The translations under genes and the position numbers were made by a program. 60,908 nt of DNA from a virus. Lineage: Duplodnaviria > Heunggongvirae > Uroviricota > Caudoviricetes. A model generated the notes under the pieces. The model searched no databases. It was not told the DNA's origin and saw only the letters and a program-made list of their open reading frames with translations. The DNA lies in the IMG/VR virus record IMGVR_UViG_3300027734_000034, one strand, 5' to 3'. Position 1 is the first letter of the stretch. Every line of letters starts with the position of its first letter. Below are positions 26,860 through 36,071 of this stretch, in pieces.

Positions 26860-27213
26860 ATGATACTTCAACGTCCAATCTGTAAAAAATGTAACAGGAA
26901 TCATGCGGCCGTAAACTATAAGCGCAATGAAGTCACACATTATAGAAGCATATGTGATGAATGCGGTAAGAAAAAGAAAAAGCAAAAACCACTCAAAGCT
27001 AACTGGACTAAGAGTGGTTACAAGAAAAAAGCCACATGCGATTTATGTGGCTTTAAAAGTCTATATCTATCACAGATAACTGTATTTCACATTGATGGGA
27101 ATCTAGAACACATTGAGCATACTAATCTACGCAGCATATGCTTAAACTGTGTAGAAGTAGTTAAGAAAAAAGATGTTACTTGGCGCCGGGGAGACCTTGA
27201 GATTGACTATTAA
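26860..27213 (+). CDS. Zn-finger/HNH-like protein
   Basis: CxxC pairs plus CDLCGF...VFHIDGN....NL.SIC.NC (HNH-like). Start moved to 26860, after TATAAATA at 26848-26855. Confidence 0.65.
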   Translation: MILQRPICKKCNRNHAAVNYKRNEVTHYRSICDECGKKKKKQKPLKANWTKSGYKKKATCDLCGFKSLYLSQITVFHIDGNLEHIEHTNLRSICLNCVEVVKKKDVTWRRGDLEIDY

Positions 27214-27835
27214 TTATCTCATAAATCTTATTGTGTAAATCGTCAATTGTAGTGTTATTCTCTACGATGAAATCGTAGTTTAATCCTATACTACTATACT
27301 CGCTAGCATGAATTTTTAGTCTGTCTAACTTAGTTTTACTCACTGACCAACTAGCATTGCCATTTGGTCCTTTATTATATGATACCGCAGCATCGTACCA
27401 TTTAGGATCAGGTCCGCGCTTTACTCGTAGTGCTATTCCGTTTGCATTTTTGATAGCAGCAACCTCATTATCAAACCTACAGTCTGTGATTACAATATCT
27501 TCTTTAGTATTTATTAGCTTGTGTTCTACGCTAGCAACCCAGATATCATTGTGAAAGTGATTGCGACATACGTCTGTGCCCCAATATTGTAGTACCCACC
27601 TTGGTGTGATGTCCATTCCTAGACGATTGCTCCACCACTCGTCACGCTTTTCACGCCATGTTCTACTAGCTTTTGTCGTACCTTCTAGATATTCTCGGTC
27701 CCAACCAAAGACTGCTGCTACTGCATCTTTGAGACTAGCAGCAAAGCTAACTCGTTTAAAACCATGATGTGTTGTGAGATAGTCGGCAATCGTGTCTTTA
27801 CCTGAACCAATCAAACCAGTGATGCCAATAATCAT
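27176..27835 (-). CDS. Deoxynucleoside monophosphate kinase (T4 gp1-like)
   Basis: MIIGITGLIGSGKDTIAD P-loop, SFA.SLKD, PRWVLQYWGTD, ITDCRF.NE, H.SE. Confidence 0.9.
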   Translation of the reverse strand: MIIGITGLIGSGKDTIADYLTTHHGFKRVSFAASLKDAVAAVFGWDREYLEGTTKASRTWREKRDEWWSNRLGMDITPRWVLQYWGTDVCRNHFHNDIWVASVEHKLINTKEDIVITDCRFDNEVAAIKNANGIALRVKRGPDPKWYDAAVSYNKGPNGNASWSVSKTKLDRLKIHASEYSSIGLNYDFIVENNTTIDDLHNKIYEIINSQSQGLPGAK

Positions 27836-27898
27836 AAAAGAAAACTCCTGTAACATACTTATTATATTACAGTAATGTGAAAAAGAAAAGAGTTTAGG

Positions 27899-28696
27899 TT
27901 AACCTTGTACCCATGTCAATGGCTGACTGTAATCCACATATTTCTTCAATTCTTCGATTAGTAGTTCCATCGCTGCTTTGCCCTCTGCTTTCATAGCAGT
28001 ACCGTTCAATGTCGTGCCGCCACCTGGACCGGCGATAGTGCTAAATTTCTCACGGGCTTCACCGATGATTAATTTAAGATTAGCTAAGATAAAGTCACCA
28101 ATCCAAACACCAGCCCCAGGATCCTGCAGTAATATTTCTTCTGTCTTTTGTACGTCAGCCCATATCAATACACGCTCACCGGATCCTTTTGGATCACGCA
28201 CAATACGCAATACTTTAGACACTGGGTTGAATGTGTATGTCACATAACCACCGAACATCCTTGCTGCTAACTCAACATAACCTGCATAAAAGTCATATGT
28301 TGCCATACCACCTGCATAGTTATAGTTCAACAAGTAGGTGTTTAAAATAGCACTGCTGAACGGATCAAAACTGCTACTTGATGGGCCAGTTTCTAAACCA
28401 ATCGTTCTACGGAAAATACTACGCACATTGATAAACTCAGCAGGTAGAGTGTAAGTATCTACATTCTTCTCAATGGTCATTAGAATATAAGATTCTTCTG
28501 TAGCAGCTTGTGCCCGTTGACGATAGACCTTGATAGCGTAGTTGTACGCTGCCTCGTAATGTTGAGGGTCCAATTCTAAATCAATAATACCGTCGCCTAA
28601 ACGAAATGCTATGTTTTTGAAAAGACCTTCTTTTAACTCATCTAAAGTTAGACCAGATGGGGTAGAAAGAGGACTAGCGGTTGGATATGTTGACAT
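27899..28696 (-). CDS. gp13: Neck protein, T4 gp13-like
   Basis: RLGDG.IDLEL...Y..A...A...YRQ; A.LK...GEAR.KF..I.GP.GG.TLNG..M..E; preceded by GATAAATA (28716-28723). Confidence 0.8.
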   Translation of the reverse strand: MSTYPTASPLSTPSGLTLDELKEGLFKNIAFRLGDGIIDLELDPQHYEAAYNYAIKVYRQRAQAATEESYILMTIEKNVDTYTLPAEFINVRSIFRRTIGLETGPSSSSFDPFSSAILNTYLLNYNYAGGMATYDFYAGYVELAARMFGGYVTYTFNPVSKVLRIVRDPKGSGERVLIWADVQKTEEILLQDPGAGVWIGDFILANLKLIIGEAREKFSTIAGPGGGTTLNGTAMKAEGKAAMELLIEELKKYVDYSQPLTWVQG

Positions 28697-28730
28697 AAGT
28701 GTTACCTAATAGTATTATTTATCAGGTAAC

Positions 28731-28925
28731 TTATGGATTGGGAGATTTACCCTTCATGAACCTCAAGAAAGGTATTTCAGTTTCATCTACAAGCCGTGTT
28801 CTACCATCAAGGTGAGTGTATCCGTGTTTTGATTCTTTTTCGCAAACTGGACATAACCACCTTTCACCTAAATATAAGATTAACCAGACATGGCAATCGT
28901 CACAACTAGGACGACCTAAACCCAT
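28731..28925 (-). CDS. Small Zn-ribbon protein
   Basis: CDDC...CPVC; start overlaps the mazG stop. Confidence 0.5.
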   Translation of the reverse strand: MGLGRPSCDDCHVWLILYLGERWLCPVCEKESKHGYTHLDGRTRLVDETEIPFLRFMKGKSPNP

Positions 28926-29365
28926 TACAAGTCCCCGTCTTGCCTATTCTCGCTGTAAAATGCATCAAACTGTCCACCGGGGTAACGTGATTCTAGTTTT
29001 CTTACATTCTCAGCAATCACTTCATTAGGATCTAGATTCAATGCACGACATGCATTAATCCAATACCACATAACATCGCCTAGTTCCCGTTTCATATGGT
29101 AAACAGCATCATCGGTAAGTGCTTTTCCTTGAAAAAGAATCTTCTTGGGCACTTCGATAAACTCACCACTTTCTGCTGCTAATCCGAAACAGGCTGTAAT
29201 CAGTAACGGGATGTTAACATCAGGTCCATGTTTCAATTCACCGTCAAACACTTCATAATTAGCATCTAATCGGTCGCAGGTGTCTATGAACGCAGTCAAA
29301 CTAACACTGGGGTTACTAGTGACTGCTGCTACAAACTCTTGGTATTTATTTAAATCAATCTTCAT
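28925..29365 (-). CDS. mazG: MazG-like nucleoside triphosphate pyrophosphohydrolase
   Basis: GLAAESGEF.E..KK..FQGK, RELGDVMWY, N..KLE.RYP. Confidence 0.9.
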   Translation of the reverse strand: MKIDLNKYQEFVAAVTSNPSVSLTAFIDTCDRLDANYEVFDGELKHGPDVNIPLLITACFGLAAESGEFIEVPKKILFQGKALTDDAVYHMKRELGDVMWYWINACRALNLDPNEVIAENVRKLESRYPGGQFDAFYSENRQDGDL

Positions 29366-29550
29366 ACATAATCCTTAAACATTTGTTTTCTACCTTCTTC
29401 ACCTAACGTACTGTTAAAAATTTCATCAGTACGCTGTAGCATTGCACAGGCTAGCATTAGCATTTCTTCCCTACTATCAGTCAATTCAATTGACTTGTCA
29501 ATCAAAACCATTATTTCATCCATTCGGACTTTTACATGTTGTCTATCCAT
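29362..29550 (-). CDS. Hypothetical protein
   Basis: ATGA-coupled to mazG, compact helical ORF. Confidence 0.6.
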   Translation of the reverse strand: MDRQHVKVRMDEIMVLIDKSIELTDSREEMLMLACAMLQRTDEIFNSTLGEEGRKQMFKDYV

Positions 29551-29551
29551 T

Positions 29552-30715
29552 TTAGAACGCTTTCAAAATAATCATGCTTTCGTTAAATCTTCCGTTCGGT
29601 GCTGCACCTACTGCTTTGATATCTTTGAAATACTTACGTGCAGCGGGTTTGCTTCCCATCACCTCTTTGATTTGCTCACCGGGCTTGCGTAGTGTTTTCA
29701 TCTCGCTAGTGTTCGCATCAAACCCTAGCAGGGTGTTACCTTTAACACTGAACACTTTGCTGTACTCGTCAGCAATGTAATGATGCAGTTTACGCTTACC
29801 TGTATCATACACCCACGCCTCACTTGCACCGTGAAGTTTAGTAGGATGCACACTAACTAAATCAAGTTTAGCTGCAACGTCCTTGAACAACTTTAAGTAC
29901 TTAAGTTTAGCAACAATCTTCTCAACTGGGATTGCTTTGCGTTTACGCGGAGCCTTGCTTGCTTTCTTGATGCTGATATAACTGTTCAAGTCACCTAGCA
30001 CACCGTCAATGAATTTTAAAATGTTACGAATTTGAATCTTACCTAAAAACGCATAACCTTCTTTCAATGACTCGTCACCATCACTTAGACGCTGGAATTC
30101 ATCTTGCTTACGCTTCCAGATTTCAACAATGATTGGGATATGTTGTGGCATGACATTGTATTTTGCAACAATATCAACTGTCTTTTCTGACGCTTTGCCC
30201 TTAGTGACAAAATCGTCAATCATCCCTTCCATCTCACCTGCGGCATCTCGTGCTTTTTCACGCAATACTTCTTGAATGTTGGGTCGGGTGGATACAGTTT
30301 CTTCTTTCACAATACTAGTTTGACTAGTTTTTACTTCACTAGTGGTCAGTGATTTTACCAATCTTTTAATATCATTTTGTAATGTGAGTTCTTCATGCTC
30401 AGTCAATTGTAGACCACGCATAGTCATACGTCCGACCCAGCACAATGTCATAATGAATTCGCTTTCATGCACTTTTCTAAGTAGTTTAGCATCATCTGTT
30501 CGTTTGTTGTAATCCAAATATTGGCACAACAATTCTTTTGCATCTTTTTTACTGTAGAATCGGTTGTACCATGTGAAACTTCTAGCAAGCGCCGAGAATC
30601 GTTGTTCAGTATCGGGCTGCACTGGGAAGAAGGGTTCTTCACCCATGTATTTCGTATCAGCATCACGTGGGTTGAGTGCTTTTACAAACTGGTCTTCTGT
30701 GGGTTTTCTAGCCAT
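29552..30715 (-). CDS. Hypothetical early protein (387 aa)
   Basis: Long ORF with GGAG RBS, driven by a sigma70-consensus promoter. Confidence 0.75.
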   Translation of the reverse strand: MARKPTEDQFVKALNPRDADTKYMGEEPFFPVQPDTEQRFSALARSFTWYNRFYSKKDAKELLCQYLDYNKRTDDAKLLRKVHESEFIMTLCWVGRMTMRGLQLTEHEELTLQNDIKRLVKSLTTSEVKTSQTSIVKEETVSTRPNIQEVLREKARDAAGEMEGMIDDFVTKGKASEKTVDIVAKYNVMPQHIPIIVEIWKRKQDEFQRLSDGDESLKEGYAFLGKIQIRNILKFIDGVLGDLNSYISIKKASKAPRKRKAIPVEKIVAKLKYLKLFKDVAAKLDLVSVHPTKLHGASEAWVYDTGKRKLHHYIADEYSKVFSVKGNTLLGFDANTSEMKTLRKPGEQIKEVMGSKPAARKYFKDIKAVGAAPNGRFNESMIILKAF

Positions 30716-30745
30716 ATATTACTCCAAAGTTTCAATTGAATACGT

Positions 30746-30774
30746 ATTATAACACAGGAACCATTTAATGTCAA
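30746..30774 (-). promoter_or_regulatory. Early sigma70-type promoter, isolated member of the promoter repeat family
   Basis: TTGACA-TTAAATGGTTCCTGTGT(17)-TATAAT; shares TTAAATGGTT with the 56-59 kb repeats. Confidence 0.85.
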
Positions 30775-30807
30775 CTGTTTGGGTAATACGCCCTCGTCTG
30801 TATTTAC

Positions 30808-30815
30808 GATAAATA
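30808..30815 (+). promoter_or_regulatory. Late promoter GATAAATA for neck/tail-completion operon
   Basis: Octamer about 20 nt upstream of the 30836 start. Confidence 0.6.
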
Positions 30816-30835
30816 AGTAATAAAGTGAAATAAAT

Positions 30836-32542
30836 ATGCCTAGACTATCGCTTTGGCGTCCCAATAAAACGAACGATTACAACTTTTTTGATAGAACAAT
30901 ATCAGAACAGTTCACCGCAGGTGCCACGGATTTGTATGTACATAAGTATATGGGTCCAACAAATCAAGGTCCATCTATAGATTATACGCAACCTGAATAC
31001 GATGTATTAGCCCCAACTAATATTCAAGACTTGTTATTCTTAGAAAACCGTGACAGAACATATGATCCAAACATCTATCGTTTGCGCGGCCACTATAATG
31101 TACAGAATTTAGACTTTGACTTAAGTCAATTTGGATTGTTCTTAAACAACGATATCATATTCATCACTGTTCATTATAACGACATGATTGATTTGATTGG
31201 AAGAAAATTAATGGTTGGTGATGTTATTGAGTTACCTCATCTACTTGATTACAATCCATTAAAAGAAACTATACCAACTGCATTGAAACGATTCATGCAG
31301 ATTACTGATGCTAACTATGCTAGTGAAGGATTCAGCCCAACATGGTTCCCGCACTTATGGCGTATCAAGTGTGAACCACTAGTGGATAGTGAGGAATTTA
31401 GTCAGATATTAAGTGCCCCGATAGACCAAGATACATATCTTGGAATATGGGATAAAGATAAAACATATCCAGCTGGTTATGTAATTACGTTTGGTGACAA
31501 AAACTATAAATCGTTGATTGATGTTCCAATTGGAATTACTCCACCCGATCTTACATACTGGGAATTAGATACAGCAAGTAACCTCAAAGATATTCTTGCT
31601 ACTTACAACAAGAACATTGCAATTAACAATGCAGCATTACAAGAAGCTGAAAGACTATTACCTAAGTCAGGATATAATAATAACAATCTATATATTGTTC
31701 CTACTTACGGGGAATACTCAAGTGATGGTGTTCCATCTAAAGCAATCAATAACCCTGCTCCACCCGTAGGAGTTAACACTAACTCATCAGGTGCGCCGGT
31801 TGCTACAGGCACTGTTATGATGATGCGTAATGCAAAGTATAAAAATGCTAGTCCGGTTATTAAGATTTCTAAATCTATTGTAAAAAATATCTGGGATCAA
31901 ACTGCGGATATGGAATATGAAAAATTAAATGTATTCAATACAGTTAATTTAGAAGTATTAACTCTTGCTCCAGTTAGAACAGATACTAATTCAGGACCAG
32001 TAAGCGGAGATAAAATATTAACAGTATATTCCATGGGTCAAATTACTGGACCATATGGTACCGCTGATAACACTTATGCTACTGCCGACGCTAATCCAGA
32101 ACTACCCGGCTTCACTGGCACTATCAGCACACAAATGGATTGGAGAGCAGACTGCGATCCAGCATTTCAGTTTATTGCACGTAGTAGCCCTCGCAGTTTT
32201 GGTTACACAACAGGCTACATGGATGGAAACGGAGAAGCACCAAATGGATTCCCAACTGGTGCTGGAATAAGTTTCCCACAGAATCCACAAGTTGGAGATT
32301 ATTTCTTACGTATTGATTACTTCCCTCAATTGTTATTCCGTTGGGATGGTAAACTATGGGTAAGAATATCTCAAAATATAAGAACACAATCTGGATTCAG
32401 TTTAGAAAATCAATCACAGTTGTCGGGCTTTATTAATAACGTTGGTGAAACAAGACTGACAAATGGCACATTTGTTCCACAAAAACAAGCATTGTCAACC
32501 ATATTAGGATTGACACCAGATACATTACCACCAGTCACTTAA
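30836..32542 (+). CDS. gp14: Neck/head-closure protein, T4 gp14-like, with C-terminal extension
   Basis: DLLFLENRDR.YD...Y.L.G.Y......L.QFGLF...D......H...M...GR....GD.IELP...EG....W.PHLWR.KC. Confidence 0.75.
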   Translation: MPRLSLWRPNKTNDYNFFDRTISEQFTAGATDLYVHKYMGPTNQGPSIDYTQPEYDVLAPTNIQDLLFLENRDRTYDPNIYRLRGHYNVQNLDFDLSQFGLFLNNDIIFITVHYNDMIDLIGRKLMVGDVIELPHLLDYNPLKETIPTALKRFMQITDANYASEGFSPTWFPHLWRIKCEPLVDSEEFSQILSAPIDQDTYLGIWDKDKTYPAGYVITFGDKNYKSLIDVPIGITPPDLTYWELDTASNLKDILATYNKNIAINNAALQEAERLLPKSGYNNNNLYIVPTYGEYSSDGVPSKAINNPAPPVGVNTNSSGAPVATGTVMMMRNAKYKNASPVIKISKSIVKNIWDQTADMEYEKLNVFNTVNLEVLTLAPVRTDTNSGPVSGDKILTVYSMGQITGPYGTADNTYATADANPELPGFTGTISTQMDWRADCDPAFQFIARSSPRSFGYTTGYMDGNGEAPNGFPTGAGISFPQNPQVGDYFLRIDYFPQLLFRWDGKLWVRISQNIRTQSGFSLENQSQLSGFINNVGETRLTNGTFVPQKQALSTILGLTPDTLPPVT

Positions 32543-32552
32543 AGAGTATATA

Positions 32553-33929
32553 ATGGCAGAATTTTTTTACGATAATCAGATACGCAGATTTTTAATACAG
32601 TTTGCAAAAATCTTTAGCAATTGGCAAGTTACTAAAGGCAAAGACCCGGCAGGAAATCTTATTGTAGTTAGAGTTCCTATTATGTATGGTGATAGTAGCA
32701 GACAAGCTGCCACTATCATTGCTAACAATAGTGCTAGTAATTTGCCAAGTGCTCCATTAATAACATACTATATTACTGCATTGGAATATGATCAAAAAAG
32801 AACTCAAGATCCTACCTTCGTGGACAAGGTATCAGTTAGACAAAGAGCATATAATAATGAAACACAACAATATGAAACTACACAAGGGCAAGCATTTAAT
32901 GTTGAACGCTTGATGCCTGTGCCATACACTTTAAGATTGTCTGTTGATTTTTGGACTACTAATTATAATCAAAAATTAGAATTGATTGAGCAATTAGGAA
33001 CACTATTTAATCCTGCATTAGAGATTCAAAGTACAGATAACTTTATTGATTGGACTAGTTTAAGTGTTGTATATCAAGATGGATTGACTTTTAGTAGTAG
33101 ACAGATTCCACAAGGTACAGGTAATCCAATTGATGTAATGACATGGAAATTTTATATACCTATATGGCTTAGTACTGCTGCTAAACTTAAGAAATTTGGT
33201 GTTATTGAAAAAATATTAGCAAGTATCTTTACTGCTAATGCATTATCTGATATACAGAATGATGATTTGTTAGTAGGCACAAGACAAAAAGTAACACCAT
33301 ATGGATATAAATTATTGTTGTTAGGTAATACATTACAAATATTACCACAAGCGGTTGCATTTGATCCAAGTAATTTCAATTTAGATTTACCTAATAATCC
33401 TAATACTGATATATATTGGTCTAGTGTATTAAATGTATATGGGGCAATTAAGCCAGGCATCAGTCAAATTTGGTTAGAGAATCCATTTATGGACCATGAG
33501 ATTGTGGGTAACATCGTACCTAACCCTAATGATGATAGATTATTAATCTATAACATCGATCCAGATACACTGCCACAAAATACATTAGACCCAGTAGATG
33601 GAGTAATCAATCCGCAATTAACTGGACCAAATGCAGGATTACCTGGACCAGTCAATGGTCGTAGATATCTGCTTGTTGACAATATAGGATCACCTGGAGA
33701 TAGCACGGTTGCATGGGGAGATTTAGTAGCTTTTGCAAATGACATTGTTGAGTATAGGACTAGTGATAGTTCTTGGTTTGTTAGTTTTAATAGCCTAGCT
33801 ACTACTCCAGTTACATTAGAATATGTAACTAATCTTAGTACTAATGTGCAATACCGTTTTGTTGATGGAACTTGGATGAAGAGTTTTGAAGGCTGGTATA
33901 ATGAAGGTGATTATTCTATAGTCATCTAA
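32553..33929 (+). CDS. gp15: Tail completion/sheath stabilizer, T4 gp15-like, with C-terminal extension
   Basis: FFYD.QIRRFL.QF...FS...VP..YG...LP...MPVPY.L......W......EL.EQ...LFNP. Confidence 0.75.
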   Translation: MAEFFYDNQIRRFLIQFAKIFSNWQVTKGKDPAGNLIVVRVPIMYGDSSRQAATIIANNSASNLPSAPLITYYITALEYDQKRTQDPTFVDKVSVRQRAYNNETQQYETTQGQAFNVERLMPVPYTLRLSVDFWTTNYNQKLELIEQLGTLFNPALEIQSTDNFIDWTSLSVVYQDGLTFSSRQIPQGTGNPIDVMTWKFYIPIWLSTAAKLKKFGVIEKILASIFTANALSDIQNDDLLVGTRQKVTPYGYKLLLLGNTLQILPQAVAFDPSNFNLDLPNNPNTDIYWSSVLNVYGAIKPGISQIWLENPFMDHEIVGNIVPNPNDDRLLIYNIDPDTLPQNTLDPVDGVINPQLTGPNAGLPGPVNGRRYLLVDNIGSPGDSTVAWGDLVAFANDIVEYRTSDSSWFVSFNSLATTPVTLEYVTNLSTNVQYRFVDGTWMKSFEGWYNEGDYSIVI

Positions 33930-33948
33930 TACTGTGATAAATCATAGT

Positions 33949-34365
33949 ATGAGCAATACATCCGCAGGCGTTTTCTTTTATAGTAATAAAACAAACCGTT
34001 ACCTATATCTATTGCGTACCGACAACAAGAATCCAGGTAATTGGGGTATTCCTGGTGGTAAAATAGAAGATGATGAAACTCTCTTTGAGGGCATTGCTAG
34101 AGAATGTACGGAAGAGATTGGATTGTTTCCTTCTAACGCAAAACTAGTACCTATACAGAAATTCATTAATCATACCTTCACATATCACACATTTTTTTGT
34201 GAAGTTAGTGATGAGTTTGTTCCCATACTGAATGAAGAACATTGCGGGTATGCATGGGTAGGTGACAATCAGTATCCTAAGCCATTACATCCTGGATTGT
34301 TTAGTACAGTAAACTTTGATGTGGTGCAGGATAAATTAAAGACACTTACAAAAAAAGAGACCTAA
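33949..34365 (+). CDS. Nudix hydrolase
   Basis: Nudix box GGKIEDDETLFEGIARECTEEIG. Start moved to 33949. Confidence 0.9.
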   Translation: MSNTSAGVFFYSNKTNRYLYLLRTDNKNPGNWGIPGGKIEDDETLFEGIARECTEEIGLFPSNAKLVPIQKFINHTFTYHTFFCEVSDEFVPILNEEHCGYAWVGDNQYPKPLHPGLFSTVNFDVVQDKLKTLTKKET

Positions 34366-34377
34366 GTCTCTTTTTTT
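34350..34377. terminator. Bidirectional intrinsic terminator between convergent operons
   Basis: AAAAAAAGAGAC-CTAA-GTCTCTTTTTTT. Confidence 0.85.
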
Positions 34378-34690
34378 ATTTTAGCAGTGCTGACACTGTT
34401 GGAAAACCCATAGAGCCGATTACTATACCGGCTCCCATTAGCATCCATCGCCATTTCTCAAGTGCTGATACTTTACTAGCTAATTCAGCATGTTCTTTAA
34501 CATCCTGCTCACGCATAGATTTCAACATCTTCCTAGTTTCTTCTGCATTAGCTTCAATAGCATCATGTAATGCTTTCAGATCCACTTTAAGTTCCCCGAT
34601 TTTTTCTTCGAGGCTCTTAACTTGGAACTGAAGTACCGCTATCTCAGTTTCAGGTTGCATTTTAGTAGCCTTACTTGCTGCTGTTGCCAT
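34376..34690 (-). CDS. Coiled-coil protein with C-terminal transmembrane segment (holin-like or membrane anchor; function unproven)
   Basis: Heptad-rich N-part, then LEKWRWMLMGAGIVIGSMGF. Confidence 0.55.
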   Translation of the reverse strand: MATAASKATKMQPETEIAVLQFQVKSLEEKIGELKVDLKALHDAIEANAEETRKMLKSMREQDVKEHAELASKVSALEKWRWMLMGAGIVIGSMGFPTVSALLK

Positions 34691-34692
34691 GA

Positions 34693-35967
34693 TTAAGCAC
34701 TAGCAATAGTAACTAATTCATACGGTTGACCGGCATCTGCATTAGCAACTGCTGCTGTATTGAATGTTGCAAATACTGGAGCAGCATTTTGGAACACAAT
34801 ATTACCTGTAGCAATTGGACCTGAAGTAGCAGTAAACAACTCACCAGTGTGGTCAGAAAGACTTTGAACTGTTTGAGTAGCACTATTAGCATATGTAGCA
34901 AGAATACGCATTGAGTTTGGTGTCAATGCTGTATTAGCAACATTTGCAGTAAAGCATTGTGCTGTCAAACCACTTGTTGAACCTGTTACTAGATACTTTT
35001 GTTTACCTTTTTGACGAACAATGTAACCTGCTTCATCATTTGCATAAACAAATGCTGCATTGCTTGCGATAACATTTGCATTAGCTGTTAATACAACACG
35101 ATTCATAATAGCATTTCCGGTAACACTTGCGTTAGCTGTAAGCTGAACTGGTGATCCACCTTGATCAACAGAAACTGTAAATGCAGCAGCATTAGCAATA
35201 GTTTTAACAAAATATGTTGTACCAGCAGTTAATCCACCAAAAGTTGCATCAAATGTAATTGGCATGTCTAATACAAGAGTTTGTGCATTACCTGAAGTTC
35301 CAATAACATTACCTGATACTACTGTATTAGCAACAGCAACTGTAACATTGCCTTTTGTTGCACTTGCAAAACCTAAATCAACATAATTAGTACTACCATT
35401 GATATTAGCTACAGCAACTTGAAGTGCTGCACCAGTAGTTATATTAGCTAAATCAGTACCTATTCCTCCTACTACATTGCTAGTATTAACTGCAACTGGA
35501 GTATATAATGTACCTGTTCCATTGACACCAATAGCAACTTGTGCTAATACTTGTTTACCAATGATTGCTGTATTACCACCAACTACACTGTATGTGTTAC
35601 TGTTTGTAGTAGGGAAACCTACTCCACCAAGTGGATTGTTGAAATATGCATCAACAACATTAAATGAAACACTAACTGAACCACCGGTGGTGTCTGTCAA
35701 TGTTTGTATTACTTGCGGCTGTACACTTAATTGAGTCTGTGATACATCAAATGTATCATTTGATAATATTGCATTTACATAATAAATTGTGTTAGCTGTT
35801 AAGCCACCAACTGTAGTAGCAACTATAAATGACATACCTTTAGCTACACCTACTGTAGGGCTTGTAGTTAAATTTCCACCTGACACTGTGACGATACTGC
35901 CGGATGCTGCTGTATCAGTGATTGTTAAGACTGCTTGAGCCTTTGCGATTTTAAGAGGGCGTCCCAT
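34693..35967 (-). CDS. Virion structural protein (MGRPLK...)
   Basis: Beta-rich, two GGLTA.T.Y.V modules, strong AAGGAG RBS, late promoter at 36050-36057. Confidence 0.65.
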   Translation of the reverse strand: MGRPLKIAKAQAVLTITDTAASGSIVTVSGGNLTTSPTVGVAKGMSFIVATTVGGLTANTIYYVNAILSNDTFDVSQTQLSVQPQVIQTLTDTTGGSVSVSFNVVDAYFNNPLGGVGFPTTNSNTYSVVGGNTAIIGKQVLAQVAIGVNGTGTLYTPVAVNTSNVVGGIGTDLANITTGAALQVAVANINGSTNYVDLGFASATKGNVTVAVANTVVSGNVIGTSGNAQTLVLDMPITFDATFGGLTAGTTYFVKTIANAAAFTVSVDQGGSPVQLTANASVTGNAIMNRVVLTANANVIASNAAFVYANDEAGYIVRQKGKQKYLVTGSTSGLTAQCFTANVANTALTPNSMRILATYANSATQTVQSLSDHTGELFTATSGPIATGNIVFQNAAPVFATFNTAAVANADAGQPYELVTIASA

Positions 35968-35990
35968 TTGTTTCTCCTTGAAATGTTAGT

Positions 35991-36039
35991 GAGTTCTAGT
36001 CACTACGCGGCGGGGACCGCATAAACTCGCCGAATGCGA
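35991..36039 (-). other. Candidate structured 5' leader RNA
   Basis: GC-rich island in an AT-rich intergenic region: TCGC-ATTCG-GCGA and TATGCGG-TCCCCG-CCGCGTA hairpins between promoter and RBS. Confidence 0.4.
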
Positions 36040-36071
36040 ATGTATAATATATTTATCGTAAGGAGTAAAAA

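Noticed and set aside
30682-30864. 60-aa minus-strand ORF
   Set aside because: It spans the divergent promoter region and overlaps both flanking starts; likely spurious.
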